From contig CAWJKV010000003.1 of assembly GCA_963843555.1 (NCBI GenBank), positions 96,001-160,000 of the forward strand: 64,000 nucleotides of DNA. The letters run 5' to 3'. A program made the translations under genes and the position numbers. The notes under the pieces are model-generated. The model did not search any database. It worked only from the letters and a program-made list of their open reading frames with translations, and was not told the origin of the DNA. The DNA is from an uncultured Methanosarcinales archaeon. GTDB lineage: Archaea > Halobacteriota > Methanosarcinia > Methanotrichales > Methanotrichaceae. Below, piece after piece: positions 1 to 11,280 of the stretch (its first letter is position 1; each line of letters starts with the position of its first letter).

Positions 1-298
1 GGAGATTGCTTTTGTGGGAGGCAGCGAGAGCGTCCTCGGGTTCAATCTGGCAGGAATAAAGAAATCTTATGCGGCCAACTCCGAAGAGGAGATGGTCTCA
101 AAGATTGGCGAAGTCATGGCTGATTCCAATGTGGGAATTCTGGTCTTGAGGCAATCGGATTATAATAAGCTGCCCAAGAGGCTTCAAGAGCAGCTCTCCG
201 AATCTATCAAGCCTACCATTATTTCCATCGGAACCGAGCAGAGCACAGAGATGAGAGAGAAGATTAAAAGGGCAATAGGTGTTGATTTATGGAAGTAG
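1..298 (+). CDS. atpF: A1A0 (V-type) ATP synthase subunit F, start codon clipped by window edge
   Basis: Frame reads (M)EIAFVGGSESVLGFNLAGI...MREKIKRAIGVDLWK, typical of subunit F; overlaps the atpA start. Confidence 0.93.
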   Translation, partial: EIAFVGGSESVLGFNLAGIKKSYAANSEEEMVSKIGEVMADSNVGILVLRQSDYNKLPKRLQEQLSESIKPTIISIGTEQSTEMREKIKRAIGVDLWK

Positions 299-2022
299 GT
301 AAAATAAAGCGAGTCGCCGGACCACTAGTTCAGGCTGTTGGCCTGAAGGCTTCCATGTACGACCTGGTTCTGGTCGGCGAGGAAGGCCTGATGAGCGAAG
401 TCATCGGCATTTCCGGCAATAAACATATCATTCAGGTATACGAGGATACGGGCGGCGTGAGGCCCGGCGAGCCCGTCAAGGAGACAGGAGCTCCGCTCGT
501 AGCACAACTGGGTCCAGGCATTCTGACCCAGATTTACGATGGTATTCAAAGGCCACTGCCAAAGCTGGCAGAGATGTCGGGAGACTTCATCAGCCGAGGC
601 CTATTCGTTGACGGCATTGATCACAAGAAGAAATGGGAGTTCAAGCCTGTAGTGAAGAAGGGCGATGTCCTCAAGCCAGGGCAATCCATTGGTGAGGTTC
701 AGGAGCAGCTGCTCATCAAGCACAAGATCATGGTCCCACCCAAGACACAAGGGCGGAACCATCAAGGAGATCTACTGCTGGAAACTTCAACGTCGATGAG
801 ACTGTCGCTCGTCTTAGAGGACGGTACAAAGCTCACCATGATGCACAAGTGGCCGGTAAGACAGGCTCGACCTGTGACCGCAAAACTGGCACCCACCATT
901 CCCCTGAGAACAGGACAGAGGGTAGTGGACGGATTCTTCTCCCTGGCCAAGGGCGGAACTGCAGCCATCCCCGGCGGATTCGGTACCGGAAAGACGGTTA
1001 TGCAGCAGACCCTGTCCAAGTGGGCAGATGTTGATATTGTGGTTTATGTGGGATGCGGCGAGCGCGGCAATGAGATGGCCGATCTGCTGCATGAGTTCCC
1101 CGAGCTGCAGGATCCAAGGACCGGCAGGCCCCTCATGGAGAGGTCCATCGTTTACGCCAATACCTCCAACATGCCTGTGGCTGCTCGTGAGGCTTCCGTT
1201 TACACCGGAATGACCACGTCAGAGTACTACAGAGATATGGGCTACGACGTCCTGATGACTGCTGACTCCACATCTCGCTGGGCAGAGGCCATGAGAGAGA
1301 TGGGCTCGCGTCTGGAAGAGATGCCTGGTGAAGAAGGCTATCCCGCATACCTGGGTGCCAGACTCGCCGACTTCTACGAGCGTGCCGGACGTGCCGAGGT
1401 TTTGAACGGCGGCCAGGGTTCAGTCAGCATTGTAGGTGCAGTTTCCCCGGCTGGCGGAGACTTCACCGAGCCCGTCACTCAGAACACACTGAGAATGGTC
1501 AAGGTATTCTGGGCACTGGACTCCAAGCTGACACAGCGCAGGCACTTCCCGTCCATCAACTGGCTGGATTCCTATTCTCTATACGACCAGATTCTGGAAC
1601 CCTGGTTCGTGGAGAATGTAAGCCCGAACTGGAACAAGAACAAGAGACGCGCCATGGCCATATTGCAGGAGAATGCCGAACTGGAAGAGATCGTGATGCT
1701 CGTCGGTTCCGATGCCCTGCCTGAGGACCAGCAGGTCACACTGGAAGTCGCCAGGATGATCATCAACTTCTGGCTGGCACAGAGCGCATTCCACCCCGTA
1801 GACACATTCTGTCCCTACAAGAAGCAGTACGACCTATTGGATGCGATCCTGAAGTACAGAGACTATGCCTTCGATGCAGTCCAGAAGGGCATACCTGTGT
1901 CGCAGATTACATCTGTTCCATCCAAGGATGCTCTGGCCAAGGTGAGGCTGGAAGCCGAGTATGAGCCCATCCTGGCAAAGGTTTTGGCTCAGATGGACGC
2001 CGAGTTCAAGGCGCTGAAGTGA
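289..2022 (+). CDS. atpA: A1A0 ATP synthase subunit A
   Basis: Walker A GGFGTGKT, GCGERGNEM, EMPGEEGYPAYL; a short off-frame patch at about 745-810 arises from compensating indels. Confidence 0.97.
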   Translation: MEVGKIKRVAGPLVQAVGLKASMYDLVLVGEEGLMSEVIGISGNKHIIQVYEDTGGVRPGEPVKETGAPLVAQLGPGILTQIYDGIQRPLPKLAEMSGDFISRGLFVDGIDHKKKWEFKPVVKKGDVLKPGQSIGEVQEQLLIKHKIMVPPKTQGRNHQGDLLLETSTSMRLSLVLEDGTKLTMMHKWPVRQARPVTAKLAPTIPLRTGQRVVDGFFSLAKGGTAAIPGGFGTGKTVMQQTLSKWADVDIVVYVGCGERGNEMADLLHEFPELQDPRTGRPLMERSIVYANTSNMPVAAREASVYTGMTTSEYYRDMGYDVLMTADSTSRWAEAMREMGSRLEEMPGEEGYPAYLGARLADFYERAGRAEVLNGGQGSVSIVGAVSPAGGDFTEPVTQNTLRMVKVFWALDSKLTQRRHFPSINWLDSYSLYDQILEPWFVENVSPNWNKNKRRAMAILQENAELEEIVMLVGSDALPEDQQVTLEVARMIINFWLAQSAFHPVDTFCPYKKQYDLLDAILKYRDYAFDAVQKGIPVSQITSVPSKDALAKVRLEAEYEPILAKVLAQMDAEFKALK

Positions 2023-2034
2023 GGTGGGTTCAAA

Positions 2035-3438
2035 ATGACAAAGGAATACAAGACTATTACTGAGATCTCCGGACCACTCCTCTTCGTAGAGAAGACTGAG
2101 CCTGTGGGCTACATGGAGCTCGTCGAGATCAGAACGGGCGGAGAGCTGAAGAGGGGACAGGTGCTGGATTCCTCCGATGAGATCGTGGTTATCCAGGTAT
2201 TCGAGGGAACCGGCGGTCTGTCCAAGGATTCTGCCGTCAGTTTCACCGGAGACGTCATCAAGATGCCACTGTCTCCCGCCATCGTGGGACGTGTTCTGTC
2301 CGGATCTGGAAAGCCCAGAGACGGCGGCCCGGAAATTGTTCCCGAGGTATTGAGAGATATTGCAGGAGCTGCCATCAATCCGGCTTCCCGTGAGAAGCCG
2401 CGCGCTTTCATCCAGACCGGCATCTCCACCATCGACGGCACCAACACACTGGTGCGCGGCCAGAAGCTGCCTATCTTCTCCGGTGCAGGTCTGCCTCACA
2501 ACGACCTTGCTCTGCAGATTGCCAGGCAAGCCAAGGCGCTCGGTGAAGCAGAGTCGTTCGCAGTTATCTTCTGCGCCATGGGCATCACCAACGAAGAGGC
2601 TCAGCACTTCCTGGCTGACTTCGAGAGAACAGGTGCTCTGGAGAGGGCAGTCGTGTTCCTCAACCTGGCCGACGATCCGGCTGTAGAGAGGATTCTGACA
2701 CCCAGGCTGGGCTTGACCACCGCTGAGTATCTTGCCTTCGATCTGGACATGCACGTGCTCATCATCTACACGGACATGACCAACTATTGCGAGTCGCTCA
2801 GGCAGATGGGCGCTGCTCGTGAAGAGGTGCCCGGACGACGCGGCTATCCAGGATACATGTATACCGACCTGGCCATTCAGTATGAGAGGGCAGGAATCAT
2901 CAAGGGCAGAAAGGGTTCCATCACCCAGTTCCCCATCCTGACCATGCCCGGCGACGACATCACTCACCCCATCCCGGATCTGTCCGGGTACATCACCGAG
3001 GGTCAGATCCTGATTTCCAGAGAGCTGCACAGAAAGGGCATCTATCCGCCTGTCGACATCCGCCCCTCGCTGTCCCGACTCATGAACTCTGGAATCGGCA
3101 AGGGCCATACTCGCGAGGATCACAGGGCAGTATCGGATCAGCTCTATGCTTACTATGCAGAGGGCAATGATCTGCGCGGTCTCGCGGCCATCGTCGGCAA
3201 AGAGGCTCTCTCTGAGCGCGATAAATTGGTGCTGGAGTTCGCTGATAAGTTCGAGAAGAGATTCGTCAATCAGGGCAGAGACGAGGATAGGTCTATCTTC
3301 GATACCCTCCAGATCGGATGGGATCTCCTGGCAGACCTGCCTGAAGCAATGCTCACCAGGATTGACGACAAATACATCAAGCAGTACCATCCCAAATACG
3401 CAGGCACAGCCAAGGCTGCACAAGCAACGACGAAGTGA
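2035..3438 (+). CDS. atpB: A1A0 ATP synthase subunit B
   Basis: [49 protein letters not shown]. Confidence 0.98.
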   Translation: MTKEYKTITEISGPLLFVEKTEPVGYMELVEIRTGGELKRGQVLDSSDEIVVIQVFEGTGGLSKDSAVSFTGDVIKMPLSPAIVGRVLSGSGKPRDGGPEIVPEVLRDIAGAAINPASREKPRAFIQTGISTIDGTNTLVRGQKLPIFSGAGLPHNDLALQIARQAKALGEAESFAVIFCAMGITNEEAQHFLADFERTGALERAVVFLNLADDPAVERILTPRLGLTTAEYLAFDLDMHVLIIYTDMTNYCESLRQMGAAREEVPGRRGYPGYMYTDLAIQYERAGIIKGRKGSITQFPILTMPGDDITHPIPDLSGYITEGQILISRELHRKGIYPPVDIRPSLSRLMNSGIGKGHTREDHRAVSDQLYAYYAEGNDLRGLAAIVGKEALSERDKLVLEFADKFEKRFVNQGRDEDRSIFDTLQIGWDLLADLPEAMLTRIDDKYIKQYHPKYAGTAKAAQATTK

Positions 3439-3442
3439 GATC

Positions 3443-4144
3443 ATGGCCGTAATTCGAGGAACAAAACCGACCAGGGCAGTGCTGATCGCTCTCAAGAAAA
3501 GGATGAAGATCGCAAAAACTGGTCACTCGCTCCTCAAAATGAAGCGTGACGGCCTCATGATTGAGTTCTTCGAGGTGCTAAACAGGGCCAAGACGGTCAG
3601 GAAAGAGCTGGTTGAAGCTCTGCTCATAGCTGAGCAGAGGCTTCAAATGGCTATGGCCATCGAGGGAACAGTTACCATCAGCAGTGTGGCTTATTCCCTG
3701 CAAAAAGAGCCTATCATCCAGCTCGAGTCCAGAAACATCATGGGTGTAGTGGTTCCCAAGATCGCGGCAGAGGCCGTGCAAAAGAAGATGTACGAGCGAG
3801 GCTACGGCATCATCGGAACCAGTGCAGCCATTGATGAGGCAGCTGATGCCTATGAGAAGTTGCTGGATAAGATCATCTTAGCTGCAGAGGTAGAGACCGC
3901 CATGATAAGGCTTGTCGAGGATATCGACAGCACTAAGAGGCGTGTCAATGCTCTGGAGTTCAAGGTGGTTCCTGAACTCAAGGACACCATCAAGTTCATC
4001 GGCATGGCCTTGGAGGAGATGGAGAGGGACAACCTGGTCAAGATGAAGATGCTCAAGGGCAAGTCCGAGAGGAAAGCCGCAGCAGAAGAAGTCAAGAAGG
4101 AAGCTGCCAAGGCCGCAGAAGCAGCCGGCAAGGCAACGGCTTAA
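3443..4144 (+). CDS. atpD: A1A0 ATP synthase subunit D
   Basis: ATG at 3443 just after atpB; KPTR..L..LK, GHSLLKMKRDGL, TKRRVNALEF. Confidence 0.96.
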   Translation: MAVIRGTKPTRAVLIALKKRMKIAKTGHSLLKMKRDGLMIEFFEVLNRAKTVRKELVEALLIAEQRLQMAMAIEGTVTISSVAYSLQKEPIIQLESRNIMGVVVPKIAAEAVQKKMYERGYGIIGTSAAIDEAADAYEKLLDKIILAAEVETAMIRLVEDIDSTKRRVNALEFKVVPELKDTIKFIGMALEEMERDNLVKMKMLKGKSERKAAAEEVKKEAAKAAEAAGKATA

Positions 4145-4385
4145 TTCCTGGCGATGTCGAGCTGGTTTGAGCGAAAAGTTCGAAGACTGGTTCGGGACGC
4201 CTGAGAAGAAGATGCGTCTTCTGCAGTGGTTGGTGTATATCACCAACCTCTACATTATTTTTGGGATATTTGTTCTGATATGGCTTCTGTACGGCAAATA
4301 TATTATACAGGCGTGGAACCATTTCACAAATGGCAGTTGATTGGAACAACCTATCCATCCAACTTTTATCTCATCCAGATGTCTC

Positions 4386-5909
4386 TTACCGAACCCTATC
4401 CCAGTTGCGGAGAAATGCTGCTACTGTCCCCACTATGCATAAAGCAGCTGCAATGATCATTACATTGCTTATGGTCATGCTGAGCAGTGCTGGGTTTGCG
4501 TCCAAGACAGCTCCGTGATAGCCTGCCAGGTTAAGCTGCTGGTAGAGCAGAAGAGTGGAGACGGAAACCCCCAGGGCCATGCCCATATTCCTCACCGCCG
4601 AGGAGAGGCTGGAAGACGTGCCGAGCATCTCCCGGGGCAGTGCGGTCATGATCTCTGCATTGATGGGACTTTGATAGAGTATGCTTCCTATTCCAAGGAT
4701 TATGAAGGAAATGTAAATCGATGTCATATCATCTCGGCGAATAGCACTGCTCATTATCACCAGAGATAGAGCTACAATTATCATCCCCAGGGCGGAGCTA
4801 TAGCGGTAATGATATCGGTCGTAAAGCCAGCCTCCCAGAGGTGAGCCGAAAACCAATATGGCAGGCACGATGAGAAATACAGTGCCGACTCTTGCAGGCG
4901 AGTAGCCCATGACTCCCTGCAAATAGAAGGGCCCCAGGATGAAGACGGCAAAGCTCGAAATGATGAACAAAATTATGCTGATCACGGGAAGAGTGAACTT
5001 CTTCTCCCTGAAGATTGATAGCTCCAGGAGAGGCGACCTCTTATGTGACTCGATCCAGACAAAGGCCAAAAGGGATGCAAGTGTTAGCAGGGCCAGGAAG
5101 GCTACTGGAGACGTAAATGTGGCGCTGGATCCCAGATCTCCCAGGAATAGCATTAAGGATACTATGAAGACAATGAGCAGGGCTCCACCCTGCCAGTCCA
5201 TGTCCAACTTTTGCGGTTTCACCTCTCTTATTCTCATATACCTGGCAGCAAGGGCCAAGAGCACAATGCCGATGGGAAGGTTGATGAGGAAGATGTATTG
5301 CCAGCCCATGAAGCCCACCAGGTAGCCGCCGAGCATCGGTCCGGCGATGCTGGCCAGGGAGACGGTTGTGCCTATGTAGCCCATGGCTCTGCCCTGCTCT
5401 CCACTATGGTAGAGCTCAAAGATTATGGCGGTGCTGATGGAGAAGGCCATAGCCGCCCCCACTGCTTGAAGAGCACGAAAGAAAATTAGCATGCCAAGGC
5501 TTGAGGAGAGTCCGCAGGCAATGGACGACAGAGTGAAGAGGACGAATCCCCCCAAAAAGAGCCTGACCTTGCCGGTCCGATCTGCTATTCTTCCGAAGAT
5601 CAAGAGAAGGCTTGTCACCGTAACCAGGTATGATGTTATCACCCACTGGGACTGGGCCACATCGGCTCGAAAATAGCCGGTTATGGTAGGAAGGGCAATG
5701 GATACCACTGAGCCATCTATGACGAACATGAAAATGCCCAGCAATATGATGAAGGCGACGATATTTCTGCTTGCGACAGGGGTCTCGCTCGGAATTGACA
5801 CTGCCTGGCCTTCTTGGTATTCGTTTTGCCCTTCTATCATGCCTCGTCCAGAGCCATCAGCGTCGGCATTATTGCCTGCATCTCTCTTTTGGATGAATCT
5901 AGATCTCAC
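4386..5909 (-). CDS. MFS transporter, DHA2 (EmrB/QacA) drug-efflux type; true start may be ATG at 5840
   Basis: About 14 hydrophobic segments, D.SVVSIALPTI, WVITSYL, GRIADRTG motif A, W.YIFLINLPIG. Confidence 0.9.
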   Translation of the reverse strand: MRSRFIQKRDAGNNADADGSGRGMIEGQNEYQEGQAVSIPSETPVASRNIVAFIILLGIFMFVIDGSVVSIALPTITGYFRADVAQSQWVITSYLVTVTSLLLIFGRIADRTGKVRLFLGGFVLFTLSSIACGLSSSLGMLIFFRALQAVGAAMAFSISTAIIFELYHSGEQGRAMGYIGTTVSLASIAGPMLGGYLVGFMGWQYIFLINLPIGIVLLALAARYMRIREVKPQKLDMDWQGGALLIVFIVSLMLFLGDLGSSATFTSPVAFLALLTLASLLAFVWIESHKRSPLLELSIFREKKFTLPVISIILFIISSFAVFILGPFYLQGVMGYSPARVGTVFLIVPAILVFGSPLGGWLYDRYHYRYSSALGMIIVALSLVIMSSAIRRDDMTSIYISFIILGIGSILYQSPINAEIMTALPREMLGTSSSLSSAVRNMGMALGVSVSTLLLYQQLNLAGYHGAVLDANPALLSMTISNVMIIAAALCIVGTVAAFLRNWDRVR

Positions 5910-6019
5910 CTGGTAAGAATGAAGTATGCTGGCATATATATATGCGTCACCGAAAGTTGCAGCATAGTCTTCGCTGCGAATTTTCGCCAGGGGCTTCCCT
6001 TGAGAAAAAATCCTTGGTT

Positions 6020-7168
6020 CTAGGGTTTTGGCTTCAAAAGCCCGGGCAGCATTGACGCTGCGATGGTATCCTTTCTCTGCGCCATTCTGTAGCCCGTCAC
6101 TACCAGCCTATTTCCGCTGAGGTCTCTGTCCAGATCCGGGTCTCCCGTGTCCACCAGGAGGCAAGATAGCTCCGCCAGCTTATGGGGCGTGGATACTATT
6201 ATTAAGTTCTCTGCTCCAGCCCGTCGCAGTACGGCGGAACTTATCTGCTGGCTGCCTCTGCCCAGGATGAAGCCCTGGGCTCCGATGGGGCTGACAATGA
6301 TTTTGACGCTCTTTTCCCTTTCCAGCAACGCCAGGAGATCTCTCTCCGAGGCATCCTTGAGGAGGAGCTTTCCTTCCTGAACTACGTCTACGCCAAGCAG
6401 GGTCTTCTCCACGCCCAGCAGCTTGGCGATGCTGCTGGTGGTAGTCCCTGCTCCCAAGATGTAGGCAGAGCCGTCCCTCATGAATTCGGAGGCAAAGAGT
6501 GCGATCTGGTCCTTGAACTCTTCCTCACTTGAGGAGCTATAGATCCTCTTTCTCTCCTGCACCAGCACAGGTTGGTAGGGCGTTTTGGCTATTGCATAGA
6601 GCCTGGTCTGCATCTCTCCTGCTCGGTAGAGCTCCTCGTCTACATCCACGATCTCCGTCTCTCGTGCCCGAAGTTCGCTTCTTATAAAGCCCTGCGCCAG
6701 CTCTGATGCCGCTTCAGGACTGATGGCAAAGACCCCGGAATGCATTTTCACGCCTGCCGGAATGCCAAGGATAGGCACCTGGCCCGATTGTGACGCCACA
6801 TCCCGTGCTGTCCCGTCGCCTCCGCAAAATAGTATCAAGTCAACCCCTTCTTCCAGGAAAACCTTGCAGGCGGCTTTTGTATCCTGGGAGCTGGACTCGT
6901 CAGTGGATATATGAACTATCTCGCAACTCAGGCCGCACTCTCTTAGAGCTCTCTCACCCATTTCGCCGCTGGCAGTAAAAAAGAGAATGTTTTTCGCTTC
7001 CCGGGAAAGCCTTTGCAGGCATGCTCGGGCCCGCTCAGCCGCCTTAGGATGAGCGCCTCTGGCTCTCGCTTCATCTGCCAGGCCGTCTGTTCCCTTCAGG
7101 CCAACGGCTCCGCCCATACCTGCAATAGGATTGATCAGGAAGCCGATTCTACCAGCTTTCTCTGCCAT
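6020..7168 (-). CDS. ATP-NAD kinase family protein
   Basis: INPIAGMGGAVGLKGTDG, GGDGTARDV, GIPAGVKMHSGVFA, GFILGRG.QQIS. Confidence 0.88.
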   Translation of the reverse strand: MAEKAGRIGFLINPIAGMGGAVGLKGTDGLADEARARGAHPKAAERARACLQRLSREAKNILFFTASGEMGERALRECGLSCEIVHISTDESSSQDTKAACKVFLEEGVDLILFCGGDGTARDVASQSGQVPILGIPAGVKMHSGVFAISPEAASELAQGFIRSELRARETEIVDVDEELYRAGEMQTRLYAIAKTPYQPVLVQERKRIYSSSSEEEFKDQIALFASEFMRDGSAYILGAGTTTSSIAKLLGVEKTLLGVDVVQEGKLLLKDASERDLLALLEREKSVKIIVSPIGAQGFILGRGSQQISSAVLRRAGAENLIIVSTPHKLAELSCLLVDTGDPDLDRDLSGNRLVVTGYRMAQRKDTIAASMLPGLLKPKP

Positions 7169-8522
7169 CAGACCTTAGGTAGCTTGGCGAGGGACTGCTT
7201 CACCAGATCTGCAGGATACTCATAGTCTACCAGCTTGCCGTCGTTATAGGCATCGTAGGCAGCCAGATCGAAGTGGCCGTGTCCTGTCAGGGAGATGAAG
7301 ATGATCTTGTCCTCGCCCGTCTTTTTGCATCTCAATGCTTCATCAATGGCGGGCTTGATGGCGTGAGCGGCCTCTGGTGCTGGAATTATTCCTTCGGTGC
7401 GGGCGAAGAGGGTGGCCGCTTCGAAGACCTCTGTCTGCTGCAATGCGACAGCCTCAATCAGTCTGTCATGGACCAAATTGCAGAGCAGTGGCGCATCTCC
7501 ATGATAGCGCAGGCCGCCGGCGTGAATGCCGGGCGGTATGAAGTCATGGCCCAGGGTGTACATCTTTATCACGGGTGCCATGCCTGCCGTGTCGCCAAAG
7601 TCGTAGGCATAAAGCCCTTTAGTCAGACTTGGGCAGGCGGAGGGCTCACAGGCCACCATACGCAGATCCTTCTTATCCTTCATCTTATCGGGGATGAAGG
7701 GGAAGACCATCCCAGGGAAGTTGCTTCCGCCGCCGCAGCAGCCGAACATGACATCAGGATAGTCTTCAGTCATCTCGAACTGCTTTCTTCAGTTCCAGTC
7801 CCTCAACGGTCTGATGGAGGAGGACATGATTGAGCACCGACCCCAGGGCATAATTAGTATCGTTATGGCTGGCAGCATCCTCTACCGCCTCAGAGATGGC
7901 CATACCGAGGCTTCCTGGTGTGTCTGGAGTCTCGGCCAGGACCTGTCTGCCGTAGTTAGTCCGATCAGACGGGCTGGCGAGGCACTCTGCTCCCCAGACG
8001 CGCATGGCACTCTTGCGGTAGGGTTTGCTGTCAAAGCTGGATCTCACCATGTAGACCGTACATTTCAGGCCGAAGAGACAGGTGGCCAGGCTGAGAGCCG
8101 AACCCCACTGGCCTGCGCCCGTCTCTGTGGCCAGCCGCTCCATGCCCTCTTTCATATTGTAATAGGCCTGGGGGACGGCAGTATTGGGCTTATGGCTTCC
8201 TGCCGGGCTGACGCCCTCATATTTGTAGTAGATTTTGGCTGGCGTCTTGAGCGCCTTCTCCAGGGCGGCGGCTCGATACAGAGGCGTTGGCCTCCAGAGC
8301 CTATAGATGTCGCGTACCTCTTCAGGGATGTCTATCCAACGGTCCGTGCTCATCTCTTGCTGGATGAGCGCTTTGGGAAAGATCATCTCCATATCCGCGG
8401 CCGCAGAGAGGCTTCAGGGTCCCGGGATGCAGAGGCGGGTCCAGGGGCGTGGGCATGTCGGCAGCAACGTTATACCACTTCTTGGGGATCTCTTCCTCGT
8501 CGAGCAGGTACTTGATCTTCAT
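7168..8522 (-). CDS. trpB2: TrpB-like PLP enzyme (TrpB2), split into three frames by two frameshifts (likely assembly errors)
   Basis: Consecutive ORFs 8322-8522, 7766-8392 and 7168-7773 give [44 protein letters not shown]. Confidence 0.9.
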
Positions 8523-8679
8523 CTGGACACTCCATTTTCCTACTTTGATGTAATCTCTTGTACATCGGTGAATTCATCTGTTTTATTTAAAGGCTTTGAA
8601 ATGGTCTGAAGACTTTTCGATTGATTTTCTGGCTCCGCAAGGTTAAGATTTATTTATCATGGATGAGATGGCAATCCTC

Positions 8680-9948
8680 ATGAGTGGCCAAACCCTGTCG
8701 GAGAAGATATTTTCCAGAGCGGCAAATAGAGAGGTGCGAGCTGGTGAGTTCGTTATGGCAAAGATAGACGGAGCCATGATTCACGATATCACCGGTCCTC
8801 TGGCGGTCAAGGGATTCTATGAGATCGCAGGTAAGGACGCAAAAGTCTGGGATCCCTCCAAGATCGTTCTGCTGTTTGATCATCAGGTCCCTGCGGATAG
8901 CCTGAAGGCGGCGGAAAATCATATCATGCTGCGCAAGTTCGCCGCAGAGCAGTCCATCCTCAACTACGATATTTTCTGCGGCGTATGCCACCAGGTCATG
9001 CCTGAGAAGGGCCATGTGCTTCCCGGGAGCATTATCGTGGGCACCGACTCGCATACCTGCACTTACGGGGCTTTGGGGGCTTTTGCCACGGGGGTCGGAT
9101 CAACGGATATGTCGTCCGTCTTTGCTACGGGTAAGCTCTGGTTCATGGTGCCCAAGACCCTGCAGCTCATGATCGAGGGGCGTATGCCCAGGCACGTCAC
9201 CTCGAAGGATGCCGTGCTGCGCATCATAGGCGATATAGGGGCGGATGGCGCCAACTACCTGGCCTGCGAGTTCAAGGGCGAAGCTGCGTCCAGGATGAGC
9301 ATTCCCGAGAGGATGACGGTATCCAATATGGCCATTGAGATGGGGGCCAAGGCCGGCATCTTTGAGCCGGATGAGACCACCATAAATTACCTGGAAGGCC
9401 GGGTGAAGGACAAGGCGGCCATAAGAGCAGGAATTGTGCGGGGAGACGAAGATGCCGAGGTCTCCAGGAAGCACTGGAATGTGGACGACCTCGAACCCCA
9501 GATCGCTATGCCACATAATGTCGATAATGTCCTGCCCATCAGCCAGGTTCCCCCGACCAAGATCGATCAGGTGTTCCTGGGCTCCTGCACCAATGGCCGG
9601 TTCGAGGACCTGAGCCAGGCCTCGGAGCTGATGAAGGGCGAGCCCGTGGCTAAAGGGGTGCGCATGATTGTGGTTCCCGCCAGCCGGGAGGAGTACATGA
9701 AATGCCTGCACGCGGGTCTCGTGGAGAAGTTCATGGAGGCGGGGGCGATGTTCGAGTCGGCCTGCTGCGGTCCCTGCATGGGCGGGAGCTTCGGCCTCCT
9801 GGGCGCAGGAGAGCACGGCCTCTCCACCTCGAACAGGAACTTCGTGGGACGGCAGGGCAGCCCCCAGGCTTTCGTCTACCTCTGCTCGCCAGCCACGGCC
9901 GGTGCCAGTGCCATCACCGGGTACATCACCGATCCCAGGGAGATTTGA
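8680..9948 (+). CDS. 3-isopropylmalate dehydratase/homoaconitase family large subunit (LeuC/HacA)
   Basis: [44 protein letters not shown]; paralog identity cannot be resolved by eye. Confidence 0.92.
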   Translation: MSGQTLSEKIFSRAANREVRAGEFVMAKIDGAMIHDITGPLAVKGFYEIAGKDAKVWDPSKIVLLFDHQVPADSLKAAENHIMLRKFAAEQSILNYDIFCGVCHQVMPEKGHVLPGSIIVGTDSHTCTYGALGAFATGVGSTDMSSVFATGKLWFMVPKTLQLMIEGRMPRHVTSKDAVLRIIGDIGADGANYLACEFKGEAASRMSIPERMTVSNMAIEMGAKAGIFEPDETTINYLEGRVKDKAAIRAGIVRGDEDAEVSRKHWNVDDLEPQIAMPHNVDNVLPISQVPPTKIDQVFLGSCTNGRFEDLSQASELMKGEPVAKGVRMIVVPASREEYMKCLHAGLVEKFMEAGAMFESACCGPCMGGSFGLLGAGEHGLSTSNRNFVGRQGSPQAFVYLCSPATAGASAITGYITDPREI

Positions 9949-9984
9949 AACCGGGCTGAATGCCCGGGACCCTGAAGAGAAGCG

Positions 9985-10107
9985 CTTTGTGCGTTCTTTG
10001 TGAGCTTTTGTGCTCTTTGTGGTAGGAACGATTGGCTGCCCGGGATTCAAAAAGGGTGCCACGAGATCAACCACAAAGCTCACGAAGAGCACAAAGGACG
10101 CACAAAG
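9985..10107. repeat. REP-like inverted repeat built from ~9-10 bp CTTTGTG-type units
   Basis: Left arm ctttgtgcgttctttgtgagcttttgtgctctttgtggt (9985-10023) is near-complementary to right arm accacaaagctcacgaagagcacaaaggacgcacaaag (10070-10107). Confidence 0.8.
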
Positions 10108-10142
10108 ATTGCTGACCAGAGCGTTTTTGGATTTCGATAAGG

Positions 10143-10952
10143 ATGAAAGTTGCACTCAAGCTCGCCTATCTGGGCGATAACTACTACGGCTTCCAGCGCC
10201 AGCCGGATCTGGTTACTGTGGATAGTGAAGTCAGAAAAGCGTTGACAAAGATCGGCGTCATCCACGGCGACTTCTGCTATGCGGGCAGGACGGACAGGGG
10301 CGTCTCGGCTCTGGGCCAGGTCATCGACTTTTGGATCGATGAGGAAAAAGAGAAATTGACCCGGCCCAGGTGCGTCAACGGCCGGCTGCCCCGCGATATC
10401 TGGACCTGGGCCTGGGCACGGGCGCCTATAGGTTTCAGCGCCCGCTGGAATGCTCAGTGGCGGGAGTACCGCTACCTCCTCTGGCATCCGGGCCTTGACA
10501 CGGAGTCGATGCGCGGCGCTGCTGCGCTCCTATTGGGCGAGCACGATTTCCGGAACTTCTCCTCTGCCAAGGTAGGTACTGTAAAGTCGGTGCAAAAGTT
10601 GGAGATCTCTGAGCAGAATGGCCTGTTCACCTTCGACATTCGGGCGGATGGCTTTCTCTGGAATATGGTGCGCAAGATCGTGGGCGCCCTGGAGAAGGTG
10701 GGCTCGGACCAGAAGGATATGAGATGGTTCAAAGATCTTCTCCGGCCGGAGCTCAACTATGGCGCGCCCACCGCCCCAGCCGAAGGCCTCATCCTCATGG
10801 AGGTTGGCTATAAGGGGCTGGAGTGGCAGGTGGACGGGTACTCCCGGGCACGGGCGGCCAAGGGACTGGCAGCGACGGTGCAGAGCAGGATGGCGGGGGC
10901 GAATGTGGCGAGAGTGATGGAGAGGGCGATGGAATTGGATGCGGGGGATTAG
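10143..10952 (+). CDS. truA: tRNA pseudouridine(38-40) synthase TruA
   Basis: AYLG..YYGFQRQP, AGRTDRGVSALGQV, GEHDFRNFS, FLWNMVRKIVG, APAEGLIL. Confidence 0.96.
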   Translation: MKVALKLAYLGDNYYGFQRQPDLVTVDSEVRKALTKIGVIHGDFCYAGRTDRGVSALGQVIDFWIDEEKEKLTRPRCVNGRLPRDIWTWAWARAPIGFSARWNAQWREYRYLLWHPGLDTESMRGAAALLLGEHDFRNFSSAKVGTVKSVQKLEISEQNGLFTFDIRADGFLWNMVRKIVGALEKVGSDQKDMRWFKDLLRPELNYGAPTAPAEGLILMEVGYKGLEWQVDGYSRARAAKGLAATVQSRMAGANVARVMERAMELDAGD

Positions 10953-11280
10953 GAACCTGGGTATGAGGTTCAATTAGGATCAGCTTTTTCTGCAGGGATC
11001 TCCTGGGGCGGATAGCAGTTCTCAACCATGCGGGCTTCAATCTCGCGAAGCATTTCAGGACTATTTTCAGATGATGCATCTTACACGTACTAAATTATAT
11101 ATTTAGGAAATAGGCCACAGAACTTCTTTGAGGGCTCAGGCCAAAACCTGCAAGTTATGCATAGCGCCTTATGCAACCATCCAAGTGGCCTAAAACTGGC
11201 CTTCAAGCCGATGGTGTGGGTGCCCCTGAGCCGCCCTCTTTAGCTTTTCTGGCCCGCTCCTGGGCCTCCTCATCCATGAA

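Noticed and set aside
289..2022. Possible intein or insertion in atpA
   Set aside because: Length is normal; the odd segment is explained by compensating single-base insertions
3146..3442. N-terminal extension of atpD in the ORF track
   Set aside because: Overlaps atpB; the conserved sequence starts at ATG 3443
1834..3495. Long antisense ORFs (553 aa here; also 9100-10155, 48916-49842, 57302-58684, 61981-62979)
   Set aside because: Shadow frames opposite well-conserved genes in GC-rich DNA, with no recognisable motifs
10970..11240. Possible gene-end fragment on the minus strand (…EMLREIEARMVENCYPPQEIPAEKADPN*) and weak inverted repeat ggctcagg/cctgagcc
   Set aside because: Too short, no start codon and no recognisable family; no integrase motif
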